From assembly GCA_964187785.1 (NCBI GenBank), contig OZ076413.1, positions 44,394,001 through 44,458,000 of the forward strand: a DNA stretch of 64,000 nt. Reading direction: 5' to 3'. The position numbers and the translations under genes were made by a program. The notes below the pieces were generated by a model, which made no database searches, was not told where the DNA came from, and saw only the letters and a list, made by a program, of their open reading frames with translations. This DNA is from Amphiscolops sp. MND2022 (Eukaryota). Below are positions 61,508-64,000 of this stretch, in pieces (the first letter of the stretch is position 1; the number at the start of each line of letters is the position of its first letter).

Positions 61508-62829
61508 TTAATGAAGATTACTTGAGGTAAAAAGAGTAGTTATAGTTTCCAAAGCAGATTGGATTGCTTGGGATGATTGAGTGATGCGTTGAGAGTCTAA
61601 ATCGAGTGTCTGAAGGAGTTTGTGTGTTCTGTCGTAGCAGTGTAGTATATGTGTGAGTGTTGTGATAGGTGTTTAAGAGGAGTTTCGTTTATAGGGTTCA
61701 AGTAAATTTGTTATGTCGCGAAGTGTTCGGTTGTTTAATACAGAAGAAAGTTCGTCAGGAGCGTTTTTTATAGGTGAAGCGTGTGATTTATGTTCAGTTT
61801 TTTGTTCAGCTTGTACCATGAAAGAGATAGTTTTGGCAGAGATAAAGAGGAGTTCATTGTAGGAATACGTTTGCTTGTAGAGTGCTGTATAGTACGTTCT
61901 ATCTTTATCGTCAAGTGGAGAAGAAACGAGGTGTTTAATAACAGTAAGAGGTTTTGCAATTTGAGTAGGAATGTTGCAGGGCAACAAAAAATCATCGTAA
62001 TGTATGAGATATTCTTGAGGCACAATAAGTGGACGTGAAGTATTGTTGTATGGAAGCAAACAGAAATATTGTTTTATAGGGTCATAGTTTCGAAGGTAGC
62101 CTGTTATACAGGAGTGGTCCAGAGTGTACATATTTGTCATTGTGAACGGTGATGTATATTTGTAATTGACAAAAATATGATTTTCGTGTATTGTAGGAAT
62201 TTAGTATATGTCTGATGATGAGTAGCATTTTGTGCTATAGAGAGAAAAGATGGATCAGATTCATCTGTTTTGAGATCGTATATAGAAGGTCGAAGAAAAT
62301 TGAATTGGAGAGAGAAAATTTTAACTCCATTTTCGAGCCAATATTGGTATGGACCCATTATTTTGGAAGCAATGGATGTGAAGAAGTCTTGATTTTTGTC
62401 ATATAAGCGAAATGAATAGTCAGTATGATGCATATATAGAGAAGTTAGCTGTGCTTTGAAGACGAAATCGTCAGAAGAAAGAATTGAGATCAAATGATCA
62501 TCGCGATTCGTGCAAAGTGAAATTTTTGAAGGTATTGAAGGAGGATATATTGGTGATGAAAGAAAAATTGGATCTTTCATTATTTCATATCGTTTTTTTG
62601 GAGGAGGTGGTGTCGATTGTGTATGATCAGTATCATCTTGTGGAGGAGTAGGTTTTGGATTTTCATTTTCAACTTTTGTGTGTTCCACTGGTTCAAGAAA
62701 AGTTGGAAGTGTTTGTTCTGAAGTCTCAATATAGAGAACAGGAGAATCATTTGAAAGAGGTCTAGTTATTAGATCTGTTGGGGTTGCTTGTTCAAGCTGT
62801 GTTTGTAGGTCAATTTGTGCTTGTGTCAT
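61508..62829 (-). pseudogene. ~442-aa accessory ORF, copy D, frameshifted
   Basis: Fragments 62137-62883 and 61673-62140. Short deletion near 62180 and a further indel near 61675. Confidence 0.85.
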
Positions 62830-63092
62830 TGTTTTAAAAACATCAACAATCACAGTGTTATCTATTCCAAGAGGCCTTAGCACTTTAAAGTGAAAGTACT
62901 ATAAATTACACTAACGAGTGGATTTGTCAACTTTAGTTGAAGAGTTTTTGAAGACGGTTATTATTAGAGAAGTATTATTGGGCTGAGGAAGATGAACTTC
63001 TGCAAGAGATTCGAGTGGTGGAGGAGTAGCAATTGTGAAGAGATAGTAGGCAAGTGTACTGAAAGAGAGTTACAGAAAAACTGAGAGAGTGT

Positions 63093-64000
63093 TCAAGAAG
63101 ATGGAGGAGGAAAAGGGTAGTTTATCCGCGAATAAATTTTAATTGGTGTATCCGTAGTAGAAGTGACAGGGTTGTTAATTAAAGTGTCATGTTGTGTAGT
63201 TAGATTGTCATTCGAGTGAAAGTTTTTATGAGTATAATTAGGATGTTGAACAGGAGAGAAAGGAAGTGGAGTCGTTTTATGGTGAGAATTGTGGTGTCGT
63301 TTCGGAAAGAAGTTAAATTTAGGAAATTGAATTTTGTTAGATCGTTTAGTGTAGAAAGGTGGAGGGGAAGTAACATCGGTAGAATGGTTAATTAAATTTG
63401 GAGAAGTGTCAATAAAATTATCTAAGGATTTGGATTTTAAAAGTGTACTTTTGGGTTTTTTGTTTTGAGTCTCATGGAGGTCACTGACCATTCGTGCTGT
63501 AAGAACATTAAAAAAACCATGTGCTATAGAACTAAGTAAAGTAATATTATTTTTGAGATTATATTTAATAGATATTGTTTTGTACAGTTTTACAATGAGT
63601 GTAAGAGTAGCTTGTACGAAAAGAAATGTAGAAAAGTATATACCACATTGTGTGAGAATGTAACAAGGGTATCCAAAAAGTGCAATAAAAGCATCTGAAA
63701 ACCATGTAGGTGTAAAAAGAGGAGTTAAATTCAAGAGTTTATCATGGAGTCCTATGCGTAATGTATTGTAAGGATTACCAGAATCTTGAGGGGTACATTA
63801 AGGTATCTTTAAAATGTATGGGTATACGGTCAAAGCATCTATCTGCTTTGTATAAAGGAGATAAAAAATGAGGACAGTCATAAAGCCAGGCGGTTGAGCC
63901 TTTAACGTATAAGAAGTTACTTCTATTACCGGTTAAAAGGAAACCAGCAAGTTGAGGGTTTTGTACTGACATTGCGAGTATTGTAAGGAGTTGATTTCGT
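63093..64000 (-). pseudogene. env: env of D, internally deleted
   Basis: Near-identical to C env, but ~355 bp (C 54897-55251) is missing at ~63794. Confidence 0.9.

Larger units (their letters stand above)
49544..64000 (-). mobile_element. Family-A element D (3' part; runs off the right edge); 3' LTR split into 49544-49855 and 59160-59248 by element C
   Basis: The two LTR halves rejoin across the TSD CTAA. 59249-64000 is colinear with C (50275-55460). Confidence 0.93.

Noticed and set aside
49856..64000. C and D as an assembly duplication
   Set aside because: A clean TSD, a split LTR and substantial synonymous divergence show they are distinct insertions.

Overview
Repeat-dense eukaryotic (probably invertebrate animal) nuclear DNA. 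I see no recognisable host gene, and there is a 200-N scaffold gap at 47129-47328. The species cannot be determined from the sequence. The window is a nest of retroelements. (1) A Ty3/Gypsy family with ~412-419-bp LTRs occurs four times on the minus strand. Copy A (1-11075) is the 5' half with gag-pol and an internal 3.25-kb tandem duplication. A 5' LTR+PBS stub lies at 47329-48046. Copy C (49856-59155) is young, has both LTRs and a 4-bp TSD, and lacks gag-pol. It sits inside the 3' LTR of copy D (49544 to beyond 64000). Pieced together, the family is a roughly 19-20-kb virus-like element: small membrane ORFs, gag-pol, a Met-less 418-codon ORF, an intact ~900-aa env resembling class III (chuvirus G / herpes gB-like) fusogens, and further conserved accessory ORFs. 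(2) A plus-strand Gypsy (B, 13724-19376) is flanked by an abnormal 169-bp duplication. (3) A 15.9-kb Gypsy (E, 25121-41034; 1.49-kb LTRs; TSD CGTTG) carries ~7 kb of 3' cargo, including an antisense, intron-containing gene that looks hAT-transposase-derived. E is itself inserted in an old LINE. The rest is a decayed CRE-like non-LTR element, MITE/Helentron-like repeats and tRNA-derived heads. All protein family calls are by-eye motif recognition, not database searches. Most short ORFs in the supplied track are shadow frames.
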